A DNA stretch of 64,000 nucleotides from Bugula neritina (taxonomy: Eukaryota; Animalia; Bryozoa). The position numbers and the translations under genes are program-made. The stretch is taken from the NCBI GenBank assembly GCA_964035545.1, contig OZ037770.1, positions 3,628,662 through 3,692,661 of the forward strand. The letters run 5' to 3'. Every line of letters starts with the position of its first letter. Position 1 is the stretch's first letter. The notes beneath the pieces are model-generated. The model was not told where the DNA came from. It saw only the letters and a program-made list of their open reading frames with translations, and did no database searches. This document shows, piece after piece, positions 1 through 13,599 of this stretch.

Positions 1-1339
1 ATGCCTGAAACGTCTAACAATCTACTTGGGAGACCACCTTGTTGTTACAGAGTGAATGAGTTATTTGTTTGGCATTTGGATGATGGCACAAAGAAAGGCT
101 ATTTGGTTTGTTACTTGAGACTAGTAGCAAACTGCTACAGTCATAGCATCTTAGAAGATTTTGCATCACTTGCTAGAATTGTACATTATTTTAATGTAGC
201 TATTGAAATTAATATCTCACTGAAAACACAGTATTGCAAAATCTTAAGCTGTACATAATTATATTATGCATCAAAAAGTACTTCTGCTATTCGACTATCC
301 CAGGTTTATTTTAAACTAGCACTGCCAAAGTACCTTGACTCTATTACAGTGTTTACTAGCTAATTTTGTTCTTCTCAATAGTGAAATAGATCTATTGCAA
401 GAAATTAATGACTAGATATAACAATAATGATTTTTAGGCAAGACTTTCGCATCTATATTGCTCATCTGCTAGCTTGAAATACCCCTCTCCTTGGACTAAT
501 CTCAGGCTTTTCATTGTTGTTTAAACAGTTTTCAAACTCCTATTTCAATAAATCATTACCAACACTGCCTGCATGTATTAATATTCATTAGTGCCATCAA
601 TGCACTGTGGAGACAGCACCTGATGTTCTGTATATTACATTATAGTACAGAGATACTAAATCCAAAACATCTAAAATAATTGATGCTTCTACCAGATTTT
701 TAGCACACCTATAATATGTATTCCTGTAGTAAATATTAATAAGATGTTTTAACTGATAGTTTTTATGCCATTATAATAGCTTGATACTATAACTACAACT
801 TGAAACTCTTTAACCAGCACATTGGTTAGTAATATTGCTTCTTGATATTTAATTGCTGGTTCACAAACTATCAATAATAGGGATGCATATCAAAACTTGA
901 CTGCATTCATAATATGATTTTAATGCTAGGTAATGACTAAGCATGTCTGGCTGATATGAGGTGACTATTTTGTACACTGTTTAACAACATCAGCTTTTTG
1001 GGTTCATTTAAAGCATCTGCAAATCTGTATTATACATAATTACTGTTAGGGCCAATAAATTAAATTGTTAACCCTGAAATGCTTTTTACACTGTAATACT
1101 AAGTAGTAAAAGACATGTATATATATATATATAAACTGATTGTAATTTATACATAACATTGTACATTTAAAAAAAAAAAATCACAAAATACATAATTTAT
1201 TAGCTAAATTTCAAGGCGTTTTGTAGGTAGTGGGTTAATGTCAATAAAGTAGAATCCGGGAAGTTGAGTAGCTTTATTCAAGAGAAAGGCTCTCCAACAG
1301 TTCTACCAAAGCCTAAATAACATGTATAAAATAAAGGTT

Positions 1340-1550
1340 ATATGTACAATTTTTTTTCCAAAACAGCCTGCAACTGTTTTGCTATTGCATATGCCCTATG
1401 CCATTCATCAAGTGGAACAATTTTAACCAGGATATCTAGAAAAGTTGACACAAGGGCTTTATAAACTATGTAACAGTAAAACTGTGAGTAGAAATTAATT
1501 GACACTAATGAATAATGCTTTAGGTGCTGGCAACAACCATAAAAGAAAAG
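1340..1550 (-). pseudogene. Ulp1/SUMO-protease (peptidase C48)-like exon remnant, copy 1
   Basis: Minus strand reads WLLP../HLKHYSLVSINFYSQFYCY...DEWH...AKQ, then NSCRLF after a frameshift. This matches the order P-x-H..HW-x-L..I...Y / W / Q...CG-x-F of C48 catalytic motifs. Confidence 0.45.
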
Positions 1551-1709
1551 TTATATAACAAACAAATAGAAAAAGCACTAAACAAATCAACAGCATTATA
1601 TACAATTGGGGCACATACATGAAAACAGCAGCTAGTGTCATTTTCTTAAGACAGCACTATTTTAGGTGTAAATTTAAGAAGTATTAGAAAATGCAGAAAT
1701 TTACTGCAA

Positions 1710-2110
1710 TTGGTTCATTTTATTTAAGTTAGTACATACTGAAGATCTCAAGTTTTTGCTAATGAACATGAGTTTTGGCCCGAAACTAAAAAAATATCAA
1801 TAAATACACCTAAATAATCAAGGCTCTTTTTAATTTTCTTTGATTTCCTATGCTTTTTTCTAATTACAGCAACTTCTGACTGCGGATCGCCACGGTTAGT
1901 TTGTAACAATAGGCAATCCAAATGAAATGAATAAATAGGAAAAAACATGAGAAATCATGCAAAATTAAGAAGAACCTTGATTATTTAGGTGTATTTCTTG
2001 ATGTCTCACTAATTTTAAGCAAAAAGCATTGTTCATTAGCAGCTAAATTGTAAAAATGGCTAAAAACTGCAGATTTCCAGTGTGTACTAAATTAAATAAA
2101 AGGACTCAAT
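1710..2110. mobile_element. Fold-back/MITE-like palindrome inside copy 1
   Basis: TTTTATTTAAGTTAGTACATACTGAAGATCT at ~1718 matches the reverse complement of 2071-2100; AAATACACCTAAATAATCAAGG pairs with CCTTGATTATTTAGGTGTATTT. Confidence 0.7.
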
Positions 2111-2308
2111 CACCTTTGCAACATAATTCAATAATTGCATGGTCAAGCAGAATAAACTACAATTAACAGCAACAACAGTGTAATAGTTGCGTAGAAAAGT
2201 TGTACTGCAAAAAACTAAAAGAATGCAAAATCTATAAATGTGTGCTACTAAGTAAATGCTGAACAGACATCATGAAATAGTGTACGAAATACAAACTATT
2301 AAACTTAC

Positions 2309-2518
2309 CTGTTGATCTAATGCAGCCAAAACCTTAAGCTTAGAGTAGTGGAATGGTGCTGTTCGATGTTGATATGCTACAAGTAGCTAAGATGACTCAA
2401 ATTCTTGCCTTTAGGAGTAAGAGGCCTCAGCTCAGTTTCAACAAAACTTCCAATAATCTCAACGGAAGCGCTCAATTAGGAGCCACAACAAAGCACACCC
2501 ATGTCATTTTAGTAAACT
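2309..2518 (-). pseudogene. Candidate decayed exon of the transposon gene (also ~47467-47678)
   Basis: TTTTTTAG acceptor and GTAAGT donor on the minus strand; higher GC than flanks; ends ...LRFWLH*IN, possibly a degenerate Ulp1 WLND..IN. Confidence 0.3.
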
Positions 2519-3146
2519 CTAAAAAATGAACGGAAATAAAACTGTTAGAGAGTAAACAGAGAAACATATAGTGATGGGGGAAAAACCTGTCAGCAAAGGT
2601 TATATACACTCATAGTCATAACACAAAGAAAAAGATAATGAATAACAAGCTATTCAAGATGACACAAGGAACCAAACAAATTTCTTTGACTAAAAAATAT
2701 AATTAAATACTATATTACTTGGCAAAAAATATTTGTTTTGAACACCGTATTATTGGGAAGAATTGCCAGTGTCTTAAATTTTGAGATTAAAGTTTCTGCC
2801 TTATAGCGGAAATAGAGAGGCAATCAATAGTGTACAAAACATGTTTTCAGTCATTGGCTGTTGACTAAATTGACAAAGTTAAAGAAAGCTTCCATATCAT
2901 TATTTATTTTGTTCTCAAGTGTGTGGTTACAGTTTCATGAGTCAGAAATATAATTATTTGAGATATGAAATCAAATGTAGTCAAAAGAGTGTCATACAAT
3001 TTAAAATGTAGTAATAGAGCTTTGACAATAATTTCTTCTGCTAAGTAAAACAGGTACCATTATGTGCTACTTATCTTTTAGAGATGAACATCAAGGATGT
3101 TGAAAACAAAATAGTTGTAAATTACAGCAAATACCTTTCTACTTAC

Positions 3147-3270
3147 CTAACCAGAGAAAATAAGTTTTCAACCTTGCATGCACTCAGCTGGTTTTCAATG
3201 TTTGGATCAGTGACATCTTTATAACTGATAGCAGCATTATGTGATAGCTTTAGGAATTGTTACCTTAAAT
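3147..3270 (-). pseudogene. Candidate decayed exon of the transposon gene
   Basis: GTAAGT donor at 3146-3141; open peptide QFLKLSHNAAISYKDVTDPNIENQLSACKVENLFSLV. Confidence 0.3.
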
Positions 3271-4167
3271 CTAAATTATATAGAACAAGAAGTGCAAAAA
3301 TATGGCATTAGTACTCATTGCACAATACACACTTGCTAGAGTAGCTAATCTAGCATCGCATTAATTTAAGAAAGACAAAATTTTATTACTGTTCACAAAT
3401 GATGAATATTAAAATTTGAATAATTAGACAAATTAACAATGATATTGATGTTAGTTCAAACATTACTAATGGTAAACACCAAAATACTAATAGGAATAGT
3501 CATGTTAACATCAATTAGAAAAGTAAAAATAATTTGAAAATGAGACAGTTTATAGGTCTAACTCTTATAGTTGACAAGCAATTACAGGGCAGTCATATTG
3601 ATGTACCCTCAAAATGTAGCACTTTAAAAATATTAAAAAGACAGCACACATAAGAACATAATCTTAAAAATAGGCATATGTGACACCTATATTTTGATTA
3701 ACAAAGAAATCTTCTTTACTTTATTAATCTAGCTCATATAATGGTATTCTGTCTTAGTATGTTATTTTAATACTTGAAATCTAATCAGCTACAGAAAAGT
3801 ACTTCAATTCAAAGGCCTTCATAATTATTCTTTAGTTTGCTATTTAAATAGACAGTAAGGTTGATGAATAAAATAAAAGTTAGTAAAGTAAAAACTAAAT
3901 AAATTGAGAATAATATCTCCACTCTAAGGTTATAATCATTATAAATTGATATTTTAATACTCCTGTTATCCTTAGGTATCGTTGTTAGCAATTTAACTAT
4001 GAGCTCGAAGCCAAATGTCAGTATCAGCATCCCCATTACATTGACTAAGACTGACTTTATAACCCTCAAGCTGTGGCACTCAATTTATATAAGTAGTAAC
4101 TAATAACAAATATAAAATTATTTATTTGCTACTGATAGTGATAATAATAATAATTAAAAATAATAAT

Positions 4168-7114
4168 ATGATCAATTAAAATAGAACTAATAAAGCCAAC
4201 GGCGTTAATGGTATGTCTAACTAAACATGGCATGTCTCGTCTGGCAGTGGGTATGTGGAGGACCAGGCAACCTACGGCCGTCAACCCGTTACTGGCACAA
4301 CTAGAAGATACTCAAGAGAAGACAACAAAGTTGTCATGAAATGCTGCTTCAAAAGTACACCCAAATTGAGAGGTTATAGAAAAACAATGTATGAGCTCTG
4401 TAGACCCGGATCAAAGAATTATTTAAAAAGAATGTGCAAACGCTGGAAAACAGAGGAGAGTTTAACATCAGCGAATAGAGACTAGCGGATTAAGCAAGAA
4501 CTATGAAGAAACACAAGCATTTTATGGAAGAAGAACTCCATAAGATTGAAGAAGGAACCTTGCAAGAACTAGGCACATCAATTGGTGAAGAAGATAATGA
4601 GGAGCTAAATTTGCAAATAGAGGATGTTATGGTACAACATGAGATAGCATATAAATCAGCCATGAGAATTTTAAGAGTACCTAGTTCAGAGGTAGAAAAA
4701 GTGTTAGTAGAAAAATTATAAATGAGCATAACAAACTATCTAATGATCGACCAACACTAAGAGCCCTTAGGCACATTGAGAGGGTCAAATTACTACAGGC
4801 AGTAAAACAGATTAATGATGTGCTAAACTGTGTTGAGATTATTAATACCATTGAGCTTAATAACACCACCATGGCTTGTGCGAAAAATAGTAACAGAACA
4901 AGTGTGTAACAAAAAGGAAAAAGAAAAACTGACAATGTACAAGTATGGAAAATACGACTGCAGAAGAAATAAAAAAAATTAGATCAGACTTAAGTAAAAT
5001 AGCAGAGTGAAAAAGTAGAGCTTACAATGATTCATTGAGAAGAATGGTTGAAGAAAAATATAGGATAAAAAACAAAGAGTGTGGTGTAGTGATTGAAAAA
5101 CTGAAGCAAAACCTGAGAGCTGTAAGCCAGAAGATAAACAGATATACAGAATGAGTTGATCAATATAATCAGAACACAATGTTTACAATGATAAGCGCTT
5201 TTATCAAGAATTACGAGGAAATGAATGTACATCTAAAGAGGCACCTGACAAGGAAATCAAAAGCATTCTGATAAAATATATGGGGTCAGCCAACTAAAAA
5301 TAATACCAATGCAGAATGACTAAATAAAGTTAGCAACAAATTGGAGCATATGTAAAGACAAGGAAATTAGATCTTAGAAACGATGCAAACAACTGGAATA
5401 GCAATTAATGTCATAAGGTTGATAAGAAAAAGCATGAAATCTGGAAAACACAACTGAAATACCTGGAAGAAAAGATAGGAAAAATAAAGATCAAACTAAG
5501 AATTTTCCAAGGAGACTCTTTATCTTTATCCCTTTTCTCCAACTACCGATTCGCATGACAGAAGCGGCTCAATGATGCAAATTTCGACGAGACAGAAAAC
5601 AAACCATCTCCTATATGTGGATGACCTGAAGGTAAATAGGAAATCAAAGTCAGAACTGGAAGCTTTGGTAAACACTGCCGAGATCTTCACAAGGAATATA
5701 GAAATGAAATTTGGATTAAAAATTGTGCCACACTGGTTATGAGAAAGGGAAAGAAAATCAAGGACACAGGAATCAGTTTGCCTGATGAACAGGTAATCAA
5801 AGATCTGGGTGAGAAGCCGTATAAATATCTAGAAGTTCTTGAGATTGATAGAATACAAATATATGAAATGAAAAATAAGATCAAGGAGTACTATAAACAA
5901 TTGAGAAAAGTTCTGGATTCAAAAACTGAATGGTGAGAACACAATCAAAGCAATAAACACATGGGCAGTAACAGCAGTGCATTACACAGCTAGAATACTT
6001 GACTGAACTGTTTCATGAGCTAAAAAATATGGACTGAAAGACAAGGAAGCTAATGACAACAAACCTTGCACCCTATCCGAGAGCAGATGTAGGCAGGCTG
6101 TATTTTAGCAGAAGGGAAGGCGGTAGAAGAATGTTGTCAACTGAAAAATGCATAAAGATTGAAAACTGCAGCATGTCAGACTACATAAATATAACATAGA
6201 CTGATAGAAACACCACACTGAATACCTTTCTAAAAGACAAAACAGCGGTAGAACTAAATAATGATAAAGTGATAGAAAGAATTGATGAGTGTAAAGAAAA
6301 AGCTTCACGTGGTCAATACATCAAAATGGTGGAAGACATGAAAGCATTTTCCTGGAACTGGTTGAAGTATGGTTGGCTGAAAAAGGAAACAGAAGGACTG
6401 CTGACAGCTGCGCAAGATCAACTATTCACTACTAGAAATTATAAAGTGGCTATGGTGAGAGAACAGGGTAGCAAGAAGTGTGGAATGTGTAACGCAAGAG
6501 ACAAAACTTCGATGCACGTATTGAGTGAGTTTGAGAAGGAGAATATAAGAAAAAACACAACCTTTTGGCATTGATAATTTCAATAGTAGTTGTGTGAACT
6601 TCGTGGGTTTCAGAAAAGTAAGAATTGGTACGGCCATCAAGCAGAATCAGTACTGGAAAATGATAATGTAAAAACCTTGTAAGATTTTAACATACACACT
6701 GACGTAGTCATCAAAGTTAGGAGACCCGATATGTTAGTAGTTGACAAGCATAATGCTGAAACAACGATAATTGATATCACAGTCCCTGTTAACTACAGAG
6801 TAAAAGAAAAAAAATTCGAAAAGTTAGGAAAATATCAGAATTTAGCACTAGAATAAACCCGCCTTTGGAAAACATCAAAAAAGTCATCCCGTTGTAACTG
6901 GAGCCTTTGGCGCTTTATACAAGATTGTAGACTGGCTGACACTACTTGGAGTAGCTGAAAACAAATGCTCATTAATTCAGCAGACACCCTTACTAGGATC
7001 AGGATAAGCTCACATCCTGAGGAAAGTTCTATCCATTTCAGCCTAGTATAACTAGGCCAATGGTAAAAGGTTACACCAGCTAAAAAACTACGGTCAATCA
7101 ACAATAATAATAAT
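4168..7114 (+). mobile_element. R4/Dong-clade non-LTR retrotransposon (RT + CCHC + RLE), decayed and internally deleted, nested in copy 1
   Basis: N-terminal YSREDNKVVMKC..S.PKLRGYRK.M; RT motif HLLYVDDLK (~5606-5632) and YKYL.VLE; WNWLKYGWLKKETEGLLTAAQDQ; CGMC...H zinc knuckle; RLE RRPDMLVVDK...IIDITVP..EK..KYQNLALE. Flanked on both sides by (TAA)n, the known Dong target. Confidence 0.88.
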
Positions 7115-7199
7115 ATACAACTATATTAGTGCAGTTGGTTCTATTATTAGATTAGCATATCGATTATGACTTTTCGATTGCCACCCTGATACTATGAGT

Positions 7200-10100
7200 A
7201 AAATGTACAAGCATACGTGAAAGTATAGATATGATCATAAGTATAAAAATAGGTATAAGTATAAATATAAATATAGGTACAAGTATAAAACGAATGATTA
7301 TATTATTAATAATATTAGTCAGTGATACCTATAACCGTAATGGTTTTTAGACTTACAGTTATCATTAACATTAGCTGAGTAATATGATTAGTTAAAATAA
7401 TGGTATTCATTATTATATCATAGTTATAAGTTATAACTCTAGTCTCTAAAGAGCAACAGCAAGTGTAATTGGGATATTCATATTAAACTTCATATTCACA
7501 TAGTGCAATGTTTATGTTATGAACTAATTTATTCCTTCAACATTTAACTATAAATATGATTAACACTAACTTTGATCAGCAGTATTACTAAAAGAAGCGT
7601 ATTACACATATAAGATAATAAAATTCTAGTAGTAGGACTAATATAGTATTACTAGGTCCAGTATTATTCTTGTTATCTTATTCATCATTCATGAGTTATC
7701 AAATTTAAAATTACTACTTATTAGCATCAGCATATAAAAAGTAAGATCATTAGGAATAATTATCATGAGGTATGATCTATGATTTGCATCATCCATATAT
7801 AGTTTAATATCAATATGATATATTATTATTGCTGATAGTCTATGTTATAGTTAAATTTATACTTATCTTTACAGTTACCTATAGTAGCACTTATTAGTTA
7901 TTTGTGGTAGCCAAACTAATGTTTAATATTAATAAATTAAACTGAGTATCATAAAAGTGTTACTAAGAATTTTAATTATAATCGTAATGGTGATCATATT
8001 ACTTTATTATAATTATTATATTTAATCATTATTGCTCAACTGAGTTAATGTATACACTTTGAGTTTTACTATTACTCATTATATTTACACTTATAGTAAA
8101 ACTAAATATGTAAAAGTTATACTTATACTATTATTATTCGTATTTCATTAGACTTACATCTAAGATCGCAGTCCTATTACTACTACCACTGATACTAGTA
8201 CTACAACTAGTACTAGTACTGCTACTAGTACTAGTACTACTACTACTACTACTAATAGTACTGTTACTACTACTACTATTAGTACTACTACTAGGTCTAC
8301 TACTGTACTAGTACAACTACAAACTTTGAAAATAACTGCAAGAAAGGTATGACTTACTCTTTTTCTTAGTCTTACTGTGACTCTCAGTCGTAAAGTAAAA
8401 TAAAATTGTGAACTGTAAAGTTAAACCCAAGGCTGAAATTTATTTAATTAAATTTAGACAATCTGAATCATTGGCTCAATCCTTGAGTTTGACTATTACT
8501 ATTATTATTAGTGTTACGATTGTGATTATCATTGGCATTATGCCATTATCATTATGATTGTAATTGTGGTAATTCTAACATTAATTATAATCATAAATTA
8601 AAAGGTAATGATTAATGATAATTATTTTTATTTTGTAATCATAATGATAATCATAATGATGTAAATTTTGATGTAAAACCAAAATACTAAAACTAAAAGT
8701 AAAAGTTATAAAATTAAATGATAAAATATCATAATGATAATTATTATATTTATTATATTATTATTGAATATATTATTTCATTAGAAAATAGGTTGCAGCT
8801 TAGCATGATTAAAATTCAGTAAAAATTAGTTTACCAACAGCAAACATGCATGCGTCTTGTCAACATTCAATTCGTAGTGCCATAGCGAGGCCAGATTACT
8901 GGTAGTACGACTACTAGAACTACTACTACTAGTGATGGATCCTTGGCGATTTTAGCTGTGAGTGACCTTCACCTCACTTTCTCGTCATGTGCGCGGCATT
9001 AGACTAAGTAGAGGGTATAAAGCACTGAGCTGGAAAAGAAATAATATATTTTAATTATAGGTAATACTAATAGTAATATAATTTATTGTAATATATAGGT
9101 AATATTATTGAGTTCATTGGTATGGAGTATAAACCTATCACTGATAGTATCAGTATCAACTACCACTTACGTACTACTTCAACTTATAACTTACCTTCAA
9201 CTCAAACTGCTTGGAATCATTTGTCTTTGATCATATTGGCATTGTCATTGTGATTGTAATAACTATTAATATTTTTAGTTCAACATCAATGCCGAACATA
9301 TTGTAATAACTAATAAGATAATCATAAGGTTGATATATTTTGCTAATACTAATACTAATAGTAATAGTTATAGTAATTCAGTGTCACGCTCACTCTGGTG
9401 GAGTGAGACTCAGACTTAGAGTTAGAGACAGAGTGAGTCCGAGTAAGTCTGAGTGTTGGTAATAGTAATAGTCATATAAATTTAAATTATATTTACTTAT
9501 TTCTAGCAATCACAATGGCAATAGTTATAGTAACTTTCACTTACTCTTAAATCATTGAACCTGAACTAAAAGTAAAATTAAGCATTATGATTATGATTAT
9601 CATTATGATTATACCTATGATTTTATTATGTTTAAATTAAAAATCAATATCATGATAATATCATAGTGATAGACATATTATTGATAAATGATAATATAAA
9701 AGTCATTTGATAAATTATACATTGATTTTGAATTAAGGTGATACTGATACTAGACCGGTACTGAAAGTGATAGTAATACTAATAGTAATAGTAATAGTCA
9801 TATAAATTTAAGTTATATTTACTCATTACCGGCAATCACAATGGCAATAGTAACTTAAACTGTAACAGTAATGGTATGGGTATGTTTGAAATTGTCACTA
9901 TCAATATTGCTATGAATCAAAATATAATGCTATCATACCAATAATTTAAAATAGTATTACAAAGCTTCAGTAGCAACTTTTACTTGTACCAGTTTGGAAT
10001 TTTGAATTATACATATTCTTAGTTAAAGTCTTCAAGTTTATTGTCAAAATGAACTTGAAATTAAAGACTTAGTAGTAAAAATTAAACTAAGACTGACTGT

Positions 10101-11930
10101 AAGTGACTAAGATTAAAAATAAGTAATTTTAAATATCGATTTAGTATTTTTCTTACTCTTTGTCTTAAAATTGACTTTTATTTTGCACCTACTCCTGGTC
10201 AATGATTCTTTTTTCTATTTATATTACTATTGCTATTAGTATAATTGACTTAAATTTAATAATAGATATGATTATATCTTTATAAATGTGATATTTGATT
10301 TTATGAATAGTAATTCGAAAACTCTTTGGTATTATTTATTTTTGATCATTGTAGTTATTATCATTATATTTGTATAATAATTATGATTATCAAATTCAAT
10401 ATCGATATTTGTATTATGGTATGGATATCTGCCTCCATCCCATGTTCTATTTTGCAGTGCCTTTTTACATTCACGTCTAGGTTCACATTGCGATGGTCAT
10501 ACTGATAGCACTTGGGGACAGTGATGAGCATAATGATTATCACTAATATTAAGATTATCGTTATTAGGATTTAGAATTATTTAATAAACAAGCAACTTAA
10601 AACAAATGTTTTTACTAATATACATATTAATTACTAATATAAATATACTACTATGAATATCATAATTATTATACTTTACAATTCAAAGTAAGATAATCAT
10701 AATACGAACTGGTAAAACTAAATATAAAGTAAATGTAATAATACTAATAGTAGTTATCCATTCCCCTTTGGTTTCACATACTAATAATTGGAAACCTCTG
10801 TCCTAATATTATTTCTATTAATATTGCTCAAAGTTTGATCCCTATTTAATTTTATAGTTCACTCACCAGCTACATAATTTTATTAAAATACATGTAGTAT
10901 TGGTTATAGTACTAGTGAAACTTGAAGTTGAATAGCATGCTTATTACTCACTGCTCTTTGCTTACATTATTAGGGTTACTCTTTAGTCTTAGAGATACCC
11001 TAACATAAACTTGAAAGCTGGAGGTAGTACTAGTCTAGTGCTGTGTTAATCCTACACTGTTGACTTATCAACACTGTGACTATAATTATGACTCCTAAGT
11101 CAAAGTCATTTTCATATAGTAGTAATCACTATGACAGACTGAAAGTCAGGAAGACTAAATATAATGGTAAAGTGTGTAAGAATAAATCATACTTAATCAA
11201 TTACTTTTAGTTTTGTTACCAGTGTTGGGTCAACTTTCAGAATAAAGAATAAATATAATTATAAAGATAAATGGATAAAAATTCCAATCATGGTTTAATG
11301 TGCCTATTTTAAGCTGTTAATTTAATTACTATAATATAAGTGCTCAAAATACAACTTTTGATTTTCATAATTATGTTTTAATTTAATACAGATACCATAG
11401 TATCATATACAGTAGAATCAGTTGTATCTTATTTAATAATGAAGTAACTTATTGGAGCTTTCACAGTTATTAATTATTCACTTGTTAGTCTTTGAACTAG
11501 GACAATGTTTGAAACTTGAAGTAGAATGAAGTTTGATTTCAGTTCCCGCAATGGTATCTGCAGTCACAATAGGAATACGCATATAACTATGTTTATATTT
11601 GTGAAAAATATATAGTCAAAACTAGATAAGGTAATAGTATTTATAATTGGTTTCACTTTTAATATATTCCTATAAACTGGAAAATAGACAGAAGCATTTA
11701 ATCATGAAAGTAAACCTAGTGGAAGTAAATCAATTCACTAAGTATAGTAAAATATTTACTATTCAGTAAGTTTATTTACTTTAGTTAATTGTACTTGATT
11801 ATTTCTGTCGGTTTTTCAGTTGATTTTTCTACCTTTTGCTATAGCATATCAAACTACCACAAAGTCATGCTTCCGTATTACAGTTATAAACATAGTGTTA
11901 CTGTGTAATGTTATAGTAATGTAATAGTAA
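7200..11930. repeat. Cryptically simple AT-rich DNA with 3/6-bp periodicity (continues at ~3400-4140; copy at ~52300-57050)
   Basis: Runs of AGTAAT/ACTAAT/GATTAT/TCATTA, an (ACT/AGT)n tract at 8175-8320, and a ~70-bp direct repeat at 9461-9530 / 9786-9855. Confidence 0.7.
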
Positions 11931-12595
11931 TATTTGGATCATTGTAAGTATTTCTGTTGTTGTACTGATTGATAAATATTTTTTAGCTTGCATGGATATT
12001 TGCAACGATCAAGATGTCATTTGAACCTGGACTGGAATAAAGATGGCAAATCGAGAAGCTAGCTACAATTATTCTGCAGAAAGAAACTTGGTAAGCAAAA
12101 ATAAGCTGCAGCATTAAGCAGTAAGCAATATGACGATGAACTTTGCTTGATTTTGATTGACCTTAAAATATCTGGTCACCTTTCACCAACGTGGTCCTGC
12201 GCGGGTGGCCGGTGACTTTAAAATGTCTGTTGCGCGTAAAATAAATTTTGTGACAGTCAAAAGTATGCTGATCTTTTTCGTATTTCAGTGCATCGGTGTC
12301 TTAGCTTAAGAGCTGAACCCAACAATTATGATCTAAAGCTGTTTTTTACTAGAAAGTGATTTTACTGTCTTTCTGATTATTCTTGGTTTTTCAGCTTGAT
12401 GAATTGAATAAATGGATTTGATTTCGGGTATTATGTAATGGATGAAAGAAATTTTTCTTAAATTTGTACTGAGCAATTTTTGCTATTGCTATGATGTTTA
12501 GTGATAAAATTGCACCCTTAATAACCCTGAAAACTTTCATTACTAGCATTTGTTTATGTTCATTTTTAGGAAATTAAAATGAAGACACAACTCAC

Positions 12596-13122
12596 CGATG
12601 CTATCTCACTGTGCCTGCATGCAGTTTATCTAAAAAGGTACTCCTATTAGCTGGCTCTTGCCCAATACCTGGTTGTCTCTGTAACTATTTTTTGCTAGCA
12701 GATAAGTTTTTTGAACTTGACATTTTATTGATTTTGAAAGTTATAGTGAGATTTGAACTTGCTAGCATCGTTTTTAAAGACTTGCTGCAGTTTTTATCAA
12801 CATTTTTTAAGTCAATGGTGTTAGTTTGGAAGCTCTCTCACTCCTCTCTCTGTCTCTTTTTCCCACACCTTCCACTCAACCTCTCTCTCTTTCTCTCCCT
12901 CTCTCCCACCCTCCCTCTCTCCCACCCTCTGTCTCTCCCACCTTCTCCCTCTCTCTCCCACTCTCCGTCTCTCCCACCTTCTCTCTCTCCTAACCTTTCT
13001 CTCTTCCCTTTTCCACTATCTCTCTGACTCTCTCCCTTTCTCTCTTCTACCCCATCTCTCTTCCATCCTCTCTCCTAACCTTTCTCTCACACCCCCCCCC
13101 TCTCCCACTCTCTTTCTCTCTC
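12596..13122 (-). pseudogene. Candidate decayed exon of the transposon gene with an E/R/G-rich low-complexity part
   Basis: GTGAGT donor at 12595-12590; nearly open frame ESFQTNTIDLKNVDKNCSKSLK...DKLHAGTVR, preceded by a GA-rich tract. Confidence 0.3.
12833..13122. repeat. Polypyrimidine (CT-rich) tract (copy at 57933-58238)
   Basis: Almost only C and T for ~290 bp. Confidence 0.9.
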
Positions 13123-13599
13123 TAGTTTGCATGGCTTTACCCAATTTTGGTTTATTTTTTTATTTTGTTTCAGAGTATCCAAAAGGAAAGCTAAAATTTA
13201 TTTAATATATATTATACCAACTTGAGCTTTACATATAATATCAAATAAATGCTGTGTTTTGTTAAAACAATGTTTGCAACTTTGTAGTATATTCAAATTC
13301 ATAATTTATTTGTAGAGTCACACAACAAGACACTACTCTGACACACTCACAAGTTGCCACTGATCCAGCAGTATAGATGATTGTTTTCTCTACTGGCTAT
13401 GCTGTCACGCTTTACTGTTGTGGTGTTTGAAACAAACCAATTGTTTGCCTACGCAGACTAGGGTGAGAAAAAAAGTGAGAAATGAAAGCTGTTTTTAATA
13501 CCAACTACACTTAGTTTTTATTGAATGAAAAACAAAGTGAAATCATTAGTTATCCGTTAAATGACTAAATCACTGTTTATAAAGATGAAACACAAATAA

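Noticed and set aside
1-258. 85-aa and 92-aa plus-strand ORFs (1..258, 45206..45484) and other short ORF-track entries
   Set aside because: No recognisable domain or splice support; consistent with chance ORFs inside repeats.
12611-13027. 138-aa plus-strand ORF (and 57712..58140)
   Set aside because: GTG start and an S/L/P tail produced by the CT tract; probably the antisense shadow of a minus-strand exon.
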